Shown: piece after piece, positions 8,309 through 21,000 of the stretch
Numbering within the stretch: the stretch's first letter is position 1
Layout: each line of letters opens with the position of its first letter
IMG/VR virus record: IMGVR_UViG_3300025687_000048
Coordinates: 1 to 59,799 of that record
Length of the DNA stretch: 59,799 bases
Strand: one strand, 5' to 3'
From: a virus
Lineage: Duplodnaviria; Caudoviricetes
Position numbers and translations under genes: made by a program
The notes under the pieces: generated by a model
What the model saw: only the letters and a program-made list of their open reading frames with translations
Databases searched by the model: none
Told to the model about the DNA's origin: nothing

Positions 8309-8914
8309 TCAGGCCACCTTCCTCTTGCGAGCACCGACGAGGTAGGCGATCAGAGCGAGGATGACACTCACGATCCCGCCTCCCCCGAGGGCCTGCTCGA
8401 TGGGGATGTTCTCCCCCTGTAGAAGGGCGATGGTCGCCTGGGCCTGTCGCAGGCGTTCCTGCACGTCGACAGACCTGTCCTGTAGGGAGCGCACCCGTTC
8501 CTGGAACTCGCGCACGCGCTTCTCAAGGAGGGTCTCGCGTTCGCTGATGTCCTGTGTAGCGACGGGCGCATCGACGGGGCGATTGCGGAGTTCCTCGAGT
8601 TCAGCACTGGCCGCGGCGAGATCCTTCTCGGCGCCGGCCTTCTGCGCCCGGATCTTGGCCAGATGATGGCGGGTCGTCGTGAGGACTGCGTCCGTCTCGT
8701 TGAGGCGGGACGTCAGGGATGCGACGGTGCTGTTCAGATCACCGATCTGGCGCGAACTCTCAGAGGCGAGGCTCTGTGCCTTCGACTCGAAGGTTCGCGC
8801 TTCCTCTTTCTTGGCCTCGTACTGGGCTTGCAGCTCCCCGAGTCGGTCGTTGACCTGGGCAGACCCACAGCCAATGGAGAGCGTGAGGAGGACGGCGAGG
8901 GGCATGAACTTCAT
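8309..8914 (-). CDS. Lipoprotein with coiled coil and C-terminal TM (unimolecular spanin-like)
   Basis: MKFMPLAVLLTLSIG-C lipobox; C-terminal IVSVILALIAYLVG followed by RKRK. Confidence 0.7.
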   Translation of the reverse strand: MKFMPLAVLLTLSIGCGSAQVNDRLGELQAQYEAKKEEARTFESKAQSLASESSRQIGDLNSTVASLTSRLNETDAVLTTTRHHLAKIRAQKAGAEKDLAAASAELEELRNRPVDAPVATQDISERETLLEKRVREFQERVRSLQDRSVDVQERLRQAQATIALLQGENIPIEQALGGGGIVSVILALIAYLVGARKRKVA

Positions 8915-8932
8915 GGATGAGCCTCCCAGAAC

Positions 8933-8977
8933 GACAAAAGGCGCATGGTGGACGAATCCTACCATGCGCCTTTTGTC
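8933..8977 (-). terminator. Intrinsic terminator hairpin upstream of the lysis/fibre module
   Basis: 17-bp inverted repeat gacaaaaggcgcatggt/accatgcgccttttgtc with a UUCG-capped loop on the - strand. Confidence 0.8.
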
Positions 8978-9026
8978 TGATGTTTTGTTGTCGCCGGGAG
9001 GCTCTACCTACATCCCGGCAGCGTTG

Positions 9027-9055
9027 AATCTACTACTCCTGCAATACCTTTGCTA
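9027..9055 (-). promoter_or_regulatory. Sigma70-like promoter
   Basis: TAGCAA-17 bp-TAGATT on the - strand. Confidence 0.5.
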
Positions 9056-9056
9056 C

Positions 9057-12000
9057 CTACATGCTGGACACCTTCACCAGCCTCTGGTACGGGCTGTCCG
9101 CAGCGTCCAGCCGCTTGCGGAGTTCCTTGATTGTCTTCGAGCGCCATCTGGACGTGCCGGAGGTCACCAGTTTGCGATCCTTGGCCGGCAGGGACTGGAG
9201 GAGACCTCTCATCCCCCCGAACTCTTCGAGGAGGGCGTTCGCCTTCGCGTCGAGTTCGTCGGCCTTCTCTGTGTGTCCCATGCGCCGGTAGCCCTGAGCC
9301 TGTCCTCGGAACCGGGCCAGTAGCAGTCGACGGTCCTCCATCGACATCTCGGGGTCGAAGCCATCGGGCGCGATCGCGGCGCGGAGCTTGCCCTGCGCGT
9401 TCTCTATCTGACTGCGCAGCTTCGTCGCCTCCTCTTCGTCCATCGCCCCGCGTGCGACAGCCCTTCCCAGAGCCGCGTTGAAGCGGGTCAGCTGGTCGTC
9501 ACCGATCAGCGTGTTGCCCGATCGCTTCACGATCTCCCGAGCCGTCTTGGCAGGCGTCCATTCACGCGGAGCCTTAAGCATCTGGCGGAGCATCGGCACG
9601 GAGTTGATCTCAGGAACGTCCCCCTTGGAGAGGGTGCGACCCGTAGCGATGCTGTTGCCGATGAACTTGCCCAGGCCCGACCCGAACTGATCGAGGAAGT
9701 GGTCCACCATCTCCGGGTTGATGTCGACGGTGTAGGGCGCGTTGATGTAGACCTCCTTGCCGTCCCATGTCTCCCCGACCTCGCCTCCCGTCATGCGGTA
9801 GAGCCAGCGGGTGAACTCCTTGGACGGCTCTCTCACAGAAGAGAAGGCCAGCTGCTGGTTCGATTTGTCGTTGCCGTAGACGACCTCCTTGCGGAGCGGT
9901 CGACCGGCGAAGTCCTTGTTCTCCCACCACTGCACGAATGGATCGACGGCAGACGGGGCCAAGAACTGGTTGAATGAACCGCCCCCGAGGGGGTTGAAGG
10001 CGTCATCGAAGGATGAGAGCACGCGCCCGGCAAGCTCCGGCAGGGTCACGTTCTGCGGAGTCCACTGACGGTCCACGGCTCCCCCGGCGAGGTCTCCGAT
10101 CACCGAGTCGGCCAGCACGTTCCCGAGGACGTGGAAGACGTTGTAGCCCCACGGCAGCTTCCAGCTGACGAACTTGCCCTCACCAGTCGGGACGAGGAAG
10201 TAGTTGTCCTTCGTCCAGTCATCGGTGTCGTCCCAGTCTTCCGGGTCGATCAACCGGTTGGCGATGCTCTGGAGGAAGCTCAATCCCACCAGTCCCGCGG
10301 CGATTCCCCGGACCTTTGGATACTTCAGCAGGGCGTGGAAGATGCGGAACGAGCCCTGGATGCCGGCGTTCGAGAAGAGCCACAGGCTGTTGAGCAGCTG
10401 CCCCAGTTCGCCCTTCTTGTTGAAGTTGACCGTCAGTTCCTTGGCAGCTGCCGCAGCATCCTTCTTCGATACGCCCTCTTCCACCAAGGTCCGATAGGTC
10501 GCCAGTCGGATGCCCGACTCCACCATCTCGTTGACGTCTGCGATGTAGTCGACCACAGCTCGGCCCGCGTTGAGCAGGTTCGGCTTCGCCATGCGGCCCA
10601 TGCGCTTCTGGAGATCCTCGGCCTTCTCGTCCAGGGACGCGACGTCGTACCAGCCCGTCTTGCCTCCCATGTCCTTGAACTCTTGATACCACTCCGACCA
10701 CTCGTTGGATCGCCCGTCCCGGATGTTGCGCCAGATGCCCTTGTAGGCGCCCCCCTTGAGAACGCGACCAACCACCTTCGCAGCGATCGCCCCCGACCGC
10801 TCGCCGGCCAGATGGATGCCCGCCGTCTGAAGGTCTCGCTCGAGGTTGGTGAGGATGAACTCCGGGTTCCAGATCGTCGCCATGCCTCGGAGGAACGAGT
10901 TGACCCCGTTGAGCCACTTGATCCCTCGCTCCATCCCGAGGTTCTTCATGCCCGACGCCAGAGCCGGATCGTGGATCGTGATGACGTGCTTCTTCCCGTC
11001 GACCCACGTCGAGAGGACGTTGTCGGCGTCCCGCACCTTCGGGTCCATGAACAGCAGGTTGCCGTCTTGGTCGTAGCGCGGGAGAAAGGTCTGCACCTGG
11101 GCCTCCCATGACTCGGACGGATGTAACTCGACGAGGTTCAGGAAGTGCTGGCCCACCTTGTTCTTCTCCGCGGCGATGATCGCCTCGGTGTGATCCGCGA
11201 TGGCCTGCGTGAAGGGGTTGTCCGCGACGGATCGACGCCCGTAGGCGCTGCGGATGCCGCGGCTCGGCACACTGAACCCCTTGCCCGTCACCGGGTGGTT
11301 CTCTGTGCCCGCCTTGCCCTTCAGGGGGACGTATCGCTCGAACTGGCCACGGAGACCGTCATACGCCTCCTGCGTCAGGAAGCCGGCCTCGAAGCGGAGA
11401 CGGAGCGTCTCCCGCGTCACACGGTCAAGGAACTCGTCAGCCAAGGACTGGGCCGCGAGGTTGTCGCCGTAGCGAGCGAGGATCTCGTCGGCCTCCTCGT
11501 CTGTCATACCGGACCCGCCGTCCTCGAAGTCAGGGTTCTTCGTGGCGATGTGCGCGTTGCGCTCCTTCGCGTGGCCTGCGTAGAGCAGCCAGCCCATATC
11601 GTCGATCGACAGGTCAGCCTCGACGGCACGCTTCAGGAAGTCTTCCTCCAGCCACTTGTCGAACTGCTCGATCTGCTCCGAGGCGCGACCGATGAACAGA
11701 GTGGCCTCGCGGTAGGTCTTGGCGTCCTCCTCGACATCCCCGATGATGTCCTCGACCTGCTCGAGGCGGTTGAGTTTGTCCTGCACGTAGCGACGGATCA
11801 GCTGGGAGGTCTTCTCCGGGGGAATCTCCAGGGGACGGTGGATGACCACGTCGCCATCCTCCTCCTCTGCGATGTGCCCCGGGGGGACTGCCTCGCGGAA
11901 CTGAGAGGAGTTCTCCATGCGGGAGATGATCTCCTCGACCTTCGCCTCTCCGAGCTTCTCGCGCAGCTGCGCTCCGCTGATCTTCGCGGCGCCGGGCTGG

Positions 12001-15000
12001 TTGCTCAGACGATCCGCGAGTTCCCGTAAGACGTCGTCGCCGCGCTGGAAGCGGGGAGTCTGGTCGCGGAAGAATCGTTGGAGTTCGCCGATGGAGTTGA
12101 AGCGATGATACCCACCGCCGTATTCGAGATTGATGCCCATCGAGCGATAGTCGCGGGCAACCGTAGCGATGGAGCGGATCTGCGCCGGAGTCGGAGTCCC
12201 CTCGGCCTGGACCTCCAGGGCGTCGCCAAGGCTTTGGACGACCCGCATGGCGCCGGTTTCCTCCATGAAAGGGGTGAGGGCGTCTTCTCCGCCCCTCCCG
12301 TCCATAGCAGCGGCAGCCATGGTGTGATGGTCTTCGGGCCGGGCGGTCACTGTGCCGTCTGCCAGAATGAATCCGGCATCAGAAGACCCATCGTATTCTC
12401 CTCCGGCCACCTCCAGCATCCGCTGCTCCAGCGGGTGGAGCCCCTTTCTCTGGAAGCGGATGTCCGGGTTCTCCGCGTCGAAGGTGCCGCGGTTGCCGGT
12501 GGCGCTCTTGATCTGGGTGGGATTGAAGGCGACGTAGACGGTCGAGCGACCTTGGCGCTCGACGCGCACCCTGTTGGGATCGTCGGCGTAGGCGTCCCGA
12601 ATCTCGGTCCACGTATCCACTTCGATCTCCGCGTCCCGCAGAAGATCCTCCAGATACTCGAACTGTCGATGTGCGGGGAGCGCGTTCTGCTCTTCCTCCG
12701 ACAGGGATTCCCAGGTTCGGATCTCCCTCCGGTAGTAGTCGACCTCCTCTTGATACCCATTGACCACATCGGTCAACATCTTGAGGGGGTTCTCCCGGCC
12801 CGAGGGGTTCTTCTGGAACTCCTCGATGTCGAGGAACATTTCTGACCGGTGGTCGATCGGCAGATCCTTGCCGTCGAGAGTCATCTTCGGAGGAGATGGA
12901 CTGTCGTAGGTGTTCTCCACGATCAATCCATCGTGCCCGCCACTCTCTGCCTGAGTGACAGCGTCGATCATGCTGAACTCGTAGCCCTCTCCATCGAGCA
13001 CAAGGGGATTGCGGAACGCCAGATACACCGGAAGGATGGACACGCCCCGCTCGTCCGAGTCAGCTTCGTTCCGCCCCCATGCCTTCGTCTTGGACAGGCG
13101 CCCAAAGTTCTCTGCGACGTCAGGAACGGACGTGAAGAAGTGGCCTTTCTTGGCAGAGGCTGTCCCCGTGGACTCCCCCAGCTTCTCCGCACTGAAGGCG
13201 TCGATCGGCTTCCTCTCCGATGTCCCATGGAACGCCTCGACGGCCACCGGCTTTCCAGTCTCGAAGGCGGCTTTGCCCTGGGCAACGTCGTCACGGGTGT
13301 AGATGGTGGCGTCCTTGCCAGCCCACCGTCTGAACCACCGGCTGTCGGTGCCTTTCTCCTGCCACTCCTTCTTCGCCTGCTCCTCGCGGCTCGGGGGAGC
13401 TCCAGCAGCTTCAGCGGGGGCGAACAGGTCGTTCTGCGCCTTGGCGCGTGCCGAGGCGCCTGCGGCCTCGAATAGGCCCGTGCCTTCCAGTCCCTTGCCG
13501 TCGCTGGCGCGGGCGCCTGTGGGCAGCTGCCGCTGATCTCCGAAGGAGAAGCCTGTCTGGTCCGGGTCGAAGGCGGGGTTGTACCGCTTCTTCCTCTGGA
13601 ACCTCACCGGCTTGATGGCGTCCTCCGGGGAGGACTGGCTGACGATCTCCTGAATCGCTCCCTCGGGGTAGAGCCGGTTCTTGACCTCGGGCTGGTCCAG
13701 TTCCTTGACGTCGCGGTGGCCCCACGGCTCCCAACCGACATCGGGGCGGTTGAAGAACTGCGTGACACGCCACGGCTTCTCGGTGCGATTGGGCATCGGG
13801 TTCTTGCTGATGACGTAGCGGTTCTTTCCGATCTCCACCGCGCCCCCGTTCGGGCCGATGACATCGCGGATCGCCTGCTGACGTCGAGCGTCCTGCGTCT
13901 CGATCTCCGCGAGCCACTGGTCCATCGTCAGATCGCTCGATGGACGCACGGCCTTCTCTCCTGTCCAGGTGGCCTTCCGCTGAAAGCGGGGCGCCCGGAA
14001 CTTCTGCACCTTCTTCGCCCGGTCATCTTGGTCCCCAGGCTTGTAGGTCAGGATGCGCTTGACGCCGTTCTGCTTGAGGATGTCCAGCACGTCCTCGTCG
14101 GTGCCACGCGGCACGACGGCGCCGGCCCACTCGCTCAGATCGACGGCCCGCTGCGGCTTCGCCTCGAAGTAGGCCGTGGGCGTCCTCTCCAGCTTCTCGG
14201 CCACCTCGAGGAAGTCTGACACCAGCCGCTCGGGCACGCCTCGGTAGCCGTTCTTCGACAGGGCTCGCATCGCGCCCCGGACACCTTTCGGTCCGTTCTT
14301 CAGGTAGTCGCCCATCGCCTTCGACGCATCGTCGAAACGGTCGAAGGACATCGCTCCCGGGTCGGCCCACTCGTAGTGTTCCCGCAGGCGATCGACCAGC
14401 GGGAAGAACTCGGACTCCTGCAACTCCTTCGTGGCGGCGTCAACCTCGTCCTTCGTCACGATGCCGCCCGCTTCGGAGCGCATCTGCTCGACAGACGTGA
14501 ACGGCTTGGCCGCTGCCGCCCTCGACTGGCCCAGCCCGTAGACCAGCCCACCCTCCTGTCCACTGGTGCCCCGCCGCGTCATTTCGGCAAGGATCTCCTG
14601 TAGACGGTAGGGCTGCTTGCGGCCCGCGTCGGTCGTGAAGAACTCACCCCCCTGCACGACCCCGAACGTCTCCCGCACCCACTTCTCGACGGCCTCGTTG
14701 CCGCCGGCCTTCTTCACGGCCCGGTCGATGCGCTTGTCGAAAAGATCGTTGTTGGGCTCTCGCTCTCGTGAAGCGATGGCGCGGAGATCCTCGGCGAACT
14801 TGTCGACGGCGTTGAATCCCAGCAGGTCGGTGTCGGCGCTGAACAGATCCTCACGGAAGTCGGCCCGCAATTCGCTCACCTCGCCGGTGAGTGACTCGTC
14901 CAGCAGGGCCAGCGCCACCTCCGACAGCTCGCGGTGGTCGTCGCCGCCGAACTCGATTCCGCTGGGGATCTTCCGCCCCTTCGCCGCGATGAAGTCGCGG

Positions 15001-18000
15001 ATCACCTTGGACTTGGGACTGACGCCGGGGATGCGACTGCGCGGCTTGCGCGGCTTCGTCGGCGTCTCGATCTCCACGCCCTGCTCTTTCAGGAACCACA
15101 GGCGCAGCCTCCGGTGAGAGTCGCCGTATCCCTCCGTCGCTTCGTAGATCGCGTTCTCGAGGCCGCGATCCAGATTCATTTGCTCCAGGTCGTTGTGGGC
15201 GTCCCAGTCGGCCCTCCACAGGCCCGTCTTCGCCATCCGCGACGCCAACTTCTCCATCTCATCGTCCTGTAGATGGTATTCGCGGCGCGGCTGGCGACGG
15301 GTGTAGGCGTCAGCTGGGTAGGTCTTGTTCGTCGAAATCTCCGGGTCGACCAGATCCTTCGTGCCGATCAGTGTGATGTCACCGTAGCGCAGGGCGTCCT
15401 TCACCTTGTCTGGCGTCGTGATCGCCAGCGACGGGACCGGCAGGCCACCGAGCTCCACCTGATTGCGGATGCCCTCGGCGGTCGTGCCGTGGACGGCGAT
15501 CAGCGGCGGGCCGCCCTCGGCGCCACGCTTCTTCTGGAAGCGGGCAACCTCTTCGATGCTGATGGCGTTCTCGTCGAAGACGACGTAGTTGTGGCCGTCT
15601 CCTGGGCCAGCCGCGCTCAACGAACTGGTCGGATAGCGGATGCCGTCGATGCCAGCACGCAACAGGAAGAGAGATGCGGCCCTGTCCGACCGGATGGGCT
15701 TGATCGGACTGAAGGCCCGGTCTTCCTCCCACATCTTCTCGTTGTGCTCCAGTGCCGCCAGTCGCGCATCGTCCCAGTTGTCGACGTAGTCCGCGATGAC
15801 CTCGCCATTTGTGGAGACTCGGTATCCCTGAAACTGATTGCCAACGATGCGATACTCTTCCTCCGTCATCTCATTGAAGGCAGTCCACTCATACTCTTGG
15901 TTTTCGATGGCGTCGTCATAGGCGCGGCTCTGTGCCACTTCCTCTGCCCGCTCTTCGAGAGCGTCCTCGTCGACCTCACCATCCTCCCCGATGAACTCGT
16001 CTCGCAGTTCCTCCTTGACCTCGGGGAGCATCTCCTTGGCCTGCTCGTCGGCGTAGCTGTGATCCAAGGGGATAGGCTCGCCGTTCGCCTCGTATAAGTA
16101 TATCTCTGGCGCCTCCTCATTGTCGTAGGTGTCCCATGCGCCCGTGATGACTTCGCCGCGTGTGTATCCTTCCTCGACGTCGGCGGTCTCAAGCGGGGGT
16201 GTGGCGTACCATGTGTCGGTGTAGAAGCCGGCGTCGAGCGTTCCCTCGATGGCGTCGAGGGCTTCCTGCTTGGAGTCGTAGAGCACCCCGCCACCCATGT
16301 ATTTGATGATGCTCGGGTGACGGACCCGCCAGAGCTCCTTGTCGGGAACCTTGTCGATCTCGAACCCGGAACGGGCTTCGTCTTTCATCTCGCCCGCCGT
16401 CTTGAACTCCACCTTCCACCCCGGAGGGGGATCGAGTTTCTCCGCAGCGTGATACTGTAGGTTGACCTCGAGGACGTTGCGGTAGATGAAGCTGAACGAT
16501 CCTTGGCGGATCTCCTCCTCGTCCAGGAACAGACCCTCCTCGCCGCCCTGACGGAGGATCTTGTCGGCCTGCTCGTTGGTCAGTTCCTCGTACCAGTCGA
16601 CGTAGTCATACTCGCTGGGGTCTTTGCCCTTGTGAAGCGCGACCTTGTAGCCATATGCGCCGGGCTTCTCGGGGATGACGAAGTCTTCGAGGTCGGCATC
16701 CTTGAGAGTCTCCTCCCAGAAATCGGCCAGCCTCTGCATGTCGTCCTTGGCAGCCCCATCCGCGGCATGACTCAGCCGAGCCGGAATGACCTCCGCCAGA
16801 TGGCCCATCATGTAGTCGAACATCGACCGACCACCGTCCGGGTGGAAGGCGTTTCTCGCGTAGTCGAGGAGGGCGTCGAGATCCGACACAGTGTCTTGCG
16901 CTCCGACTCCTGACCACCACGTCGTATGCCCGGGCGTCGGGAACCGAATGATGCCGCCGTGGGCTTTGATACCGGGCTGCTCATGGTTCCGTCGCTTGAA
17001 CTGTTCCAGATAGGAGTGGAACACCCCGTCTGTGTCGGTGAAGTAGCCGCCCCATCCGAACGCTTGGGCTCCCTCTCCTGTGCCCACCTGTGAGAGGGCG
17101 AAGTTCGAGAACTTGTGCGGCGAGGCGTGCTTCACCATCAGCTGATAGCGTGGATCGTCCTTCGACAGACCCGCGACATACTCTCGGTGCGCCCATTCGC
17201 CCATGACCTGGGCAACGGAGTTTCGCACTGCCTCGACGTCCTTCAGGTAGGCGTCTTGGTTGTACGACTGGTTGAAGGCGAGGCGGATCTTCGTGAGCAG
17301 CTGCTTGAGGTAGTTGTAGACCTGACGCACCACGTCGGGCGCCTGCTCTTGCAGGTTGACCCAGAACTCGCGCTCTGTCATGCGAGCGCCCACGACGTCG
17401 GCAGCGAGCTCCTCGACGGCCAGGGATGTGTTGTCACCGAACTGCCGTCCCCCCTTGTGGCGGAGCCAGCGGCGGGTGGCCCCGTCCTCCTTCAGGGTGG
17501 TGACGAGCTTGTCGAAGAGGTCTGGCTGATCGTCGGCCAGCAGATGGGTCAGTTCGTGCCCAACGACAGCGACGTGGTGGTTGTCGGTGTCGACGTTGAG
17601 GAAGACGGAGCCTTCAAAGGTGACCCCGTTGAACGACCCGGCGCTCGGGTTGGTGGCCTTGATCCAGACGAGGTTCTTGCCGAAGACCTTGGCGATCTTC
17701 GCTGCCGCCTCGGCGCTACGGTGGCCGGGCTGGTCTACTCGTTGAAGGGAACCGCTCGGGAAGTCAGGGAACCCGTCCCGCTGGTTCGCTTCGCGGACTG
17801 CGCTCTCAAGACGAGCAACAGCCTGTTCCTCCATATGGCGAGCATCTGCCGCTGACGTTCCTCGAACGTCATTCCCTGGAACCCGTTGAGGCAGTTCACT
17901 CGCGTCTGCATCGCTCTTCCGCTGGAAGGGAGTGATGTCTCCAAAGAAATCGCCTCGCCGCTTCACCGTGTCAAGGATCTGGTTCAGGCGGTCTCCGAAT

Positions 18001-21000
18001 CGCTCCGAGTTCTCCCAGATCCATCGCTCCATTGCCTTCAGAGAGTCGATGTCCTTCGTCTCGGAGATGTCTTGGACGATGCGGTCGGGGTCATACTGCG
18101 ACGCCATCTGCTCTTGCTCGGCCATCGCCGGGCTGTCACTGGGCCTCGTCGGATACCTCTGCGACAGGCCATCCTTGCGAACGACGTCCGCGAACGACTG
18201 GAAGTCCTCGACGCCCGCCGCTCGCAGAACTTCTGCGTATTCCGGCGTCTGCATGGCGTTGTCGATGATCGTCTCGACGTCCGTCCCCGGGGCGCCCGGG
18301 ACGATGGCGTCTTGAACTCGCTTGGTGCCCTTCAGGATCTGTCGCTGATCCCGGTCGGAGATGGAGCTTGCCCGCAGCAGGCGCTGCATGGCGCCCTTCT
18401 CCAGTGTGCCCGTGGCGTCCAGCACGCGCTGCACTTCCCACGCAGGGAGAGTGCCGGCCCGCTTGCCGACGATCGACCCCACCGTGAGGCTGATCGGGAT
18501 TTGCCCCTTGTTGGGATTGGTCTTCCGCTTCGGTGCCTGGACGACGTCGACATCCGTCTCCGGTGCGACGTCAAGCTCGACCTCTTCGCCCTGCTCGTTG
18601 GTGACGTTGAGACGCTCGACCTGTCCCCGAACCGTGGCGCCCAGGTGGCGCATCTTGGCTGCGATGATGTCGCGGTTCCACTGATCGACCTCGGTGTTGG
18701 CGAACAGGTAGCGGATCTTGAAATCGGATTTGGTCGTCAGGCGCCATCCGCGCCCCGCGGCCTGCACGTTCCCCACGGCATCGAAGGGAGCCGTGGCGAC
18801 GATCATGGTTCGGGGGGCATCCCCCACGGTGTCGTCGAGGTTGATCCCTGTTCCGCCGCTCTCGATGGTCGCCAGCACCACCCGGGCCTTCCCAGACTGG
18901 AACTTCTCCATCGCGTCCGCGGCCTTCGTCTCCGCCCCGCCGTGCAGTTCGGCCAGATCGGTGATGCCTCGGTTGGCCAGTTCCTCACGAAGCGCCTTGG
19001 CAGTTCCCTCGGATTCGGCGTAGACCTCTCGTCCGACAACCTCCCACTCGCCGGAGATGGCGTTCTGGACCTTGATGTCCTGACCGGCCTCCGAGTAGTT
19101 GACTCGGGAGACGAAGATGATGGGACGGCGCCCCGCGGCGAGTTCCTCTTCGACGGAGTCAGCGATCCGCTGGATCTTGTAGGGCTCCTGCTGGCGCCGA
19201 AGGTGCATGAGCACCCGGGCCTTCTGGAGACCTTGCAGCGAGTCGGGGTGTCCGAAGCCGGTGTAGATGGATGCCTCGACGTCCTTCCACTGGGGCGGAA
19301 GGTCGACCGTCTCCATCTGCACATCGACGCCCTGGAAGCTGATCTCCCGCTTCACCATGCGCCCCTGTGCCGTCATGCGATCGAACAGCCACCCCATGCG
19401 GGTCAGGGCGAGGGTCTCCCCTACCTCATCCTTCACAGCCCAGAACTCGCGCCCGTTGATGTTCCGCTTCTCGAGGCCCAGAAACTCCATCTGGTCCTCC
19501 ATGTCCTTCCCTTCGAGCACGCCCACCCGGGCCATATAGGGAAGGTGAACCGGCTTGTCGGCGGGAGTCGCGGTGGCGTAGAGGACCGAGCGGGCCTTCT
19601 CGCTCATGCGATTGCCAACCTCGGCGCGAGACGTGCCCGAGAGGAGGTTCTTCAGGCCGTGCGCTTCGTCCCACACAAGCACCGTGTTCTCGTCCACGGA
19701 GGCGGCGAGCCGCCCCATGCGCGTGTAGGTGGTGACGTAGACCTTCCCCGGCTCGAACGCCGTCTTGTCCTTGACGAGCTCGATGTCGAGGCCCATCGCC
19801 TCGGCGTCTTTCGCGTAGGAGCCGGTGATCTTGCCCTTGTTGGAGAAGGGCTTGCCCAGCACTTCGTTCGGCGCCACGATGAGCACCGGCTGGCCGCGGT
19901 CAGCGTAGATGCGGGAGACGGCCAGGATCTGGCGCGTCTTGCCGACGCCGGTCCCATCCGCGAGGAGGAAGCCGCCCGGGTCGCTGTCCATTGCGGCGAC
20001 CGCCTTGGCGACTCCCTGCTGCTGGTGGTCGGTCAGGCTTTCTCGGAGTCCTGCGGGGATGCCGGAGACGTCTGCGTCTGCGGTGAACTCCCATCGCCCG
20101 ACCCGGATTCGCCCTTCAGGCTCCGCATCTGATCGTACTGGCTCAGGGCGCTCATCTCCTCTCGATTCAAACTGTCCGGGAGCTGTCGCGGCGAGGCCGC
20201 TTTCCTTGAGCTGTTCTGCGATTGCCGCCGTTGGGTCATAGCGATACCTCCATGTCTTCGAGCGTCGATCGAAGCTGCCCTGAAGTTCGCCGGCAACCTC
20301 TCCGAGGGTGCGCCTGTGCGGGAACGTCTTGCCGTCCACCACCCAGGCGTCGTCGTCCTGTGAAACCGTCAGGTCCGCGTTGTGCAGGATCTCCCGGTCC
20401 TCGTCCGTCGCCTCTACCACTGCAACATCGGGAGGCGGGAACTTTGCGTCTACCGCGGCCCGGAGGGCGGCGATGAAGTCGTGACTGATCTTCCGGCTCG
20501 GGGACAGGTTGCCCGCCGCCCACTGCGCGTAGTCGGGAAACTCCTCCAGCACCTGGGCGATAGTCTTGCCGGCGTGCTTGCCGATCGGGAAGACCTCAGT
20601 GGAGATGCGCCCGATGGTGCGCAGGTCGTCGTCCGTCGCACCGGAGACGCGGACCCCGCTCTCCTGCTCCCAGCGATTGATCGCCTCCCGCGCCGCCTCG
20701 GCGGTGTTGCCGAGGTTCTTGACGAAGATGTCGCTGCGATTCCCCGGCTCGATGCCCTTCGCCCGTAGCGTGAACATCGCACCGGTCTCACCGATGCCCA
20801 CGTAGTAACGGAGGCCATCCTTCGCGTCGACCAGTTCCTGGCTGGAGGTAGACGCCGGAACAGGTGCCGCGGCGGGAGTAGCCTCCTGCTTGGGCGGAGG
20901 CGGAGCAGGCTCCGGTTCCGCCTTCGGCAGGGCGTAAGGCTCCGGCGTGCCCCAGTCTGCGTCGGGCGGGCCGAGACGCCATCCGACCCTCTCGTCGTTC

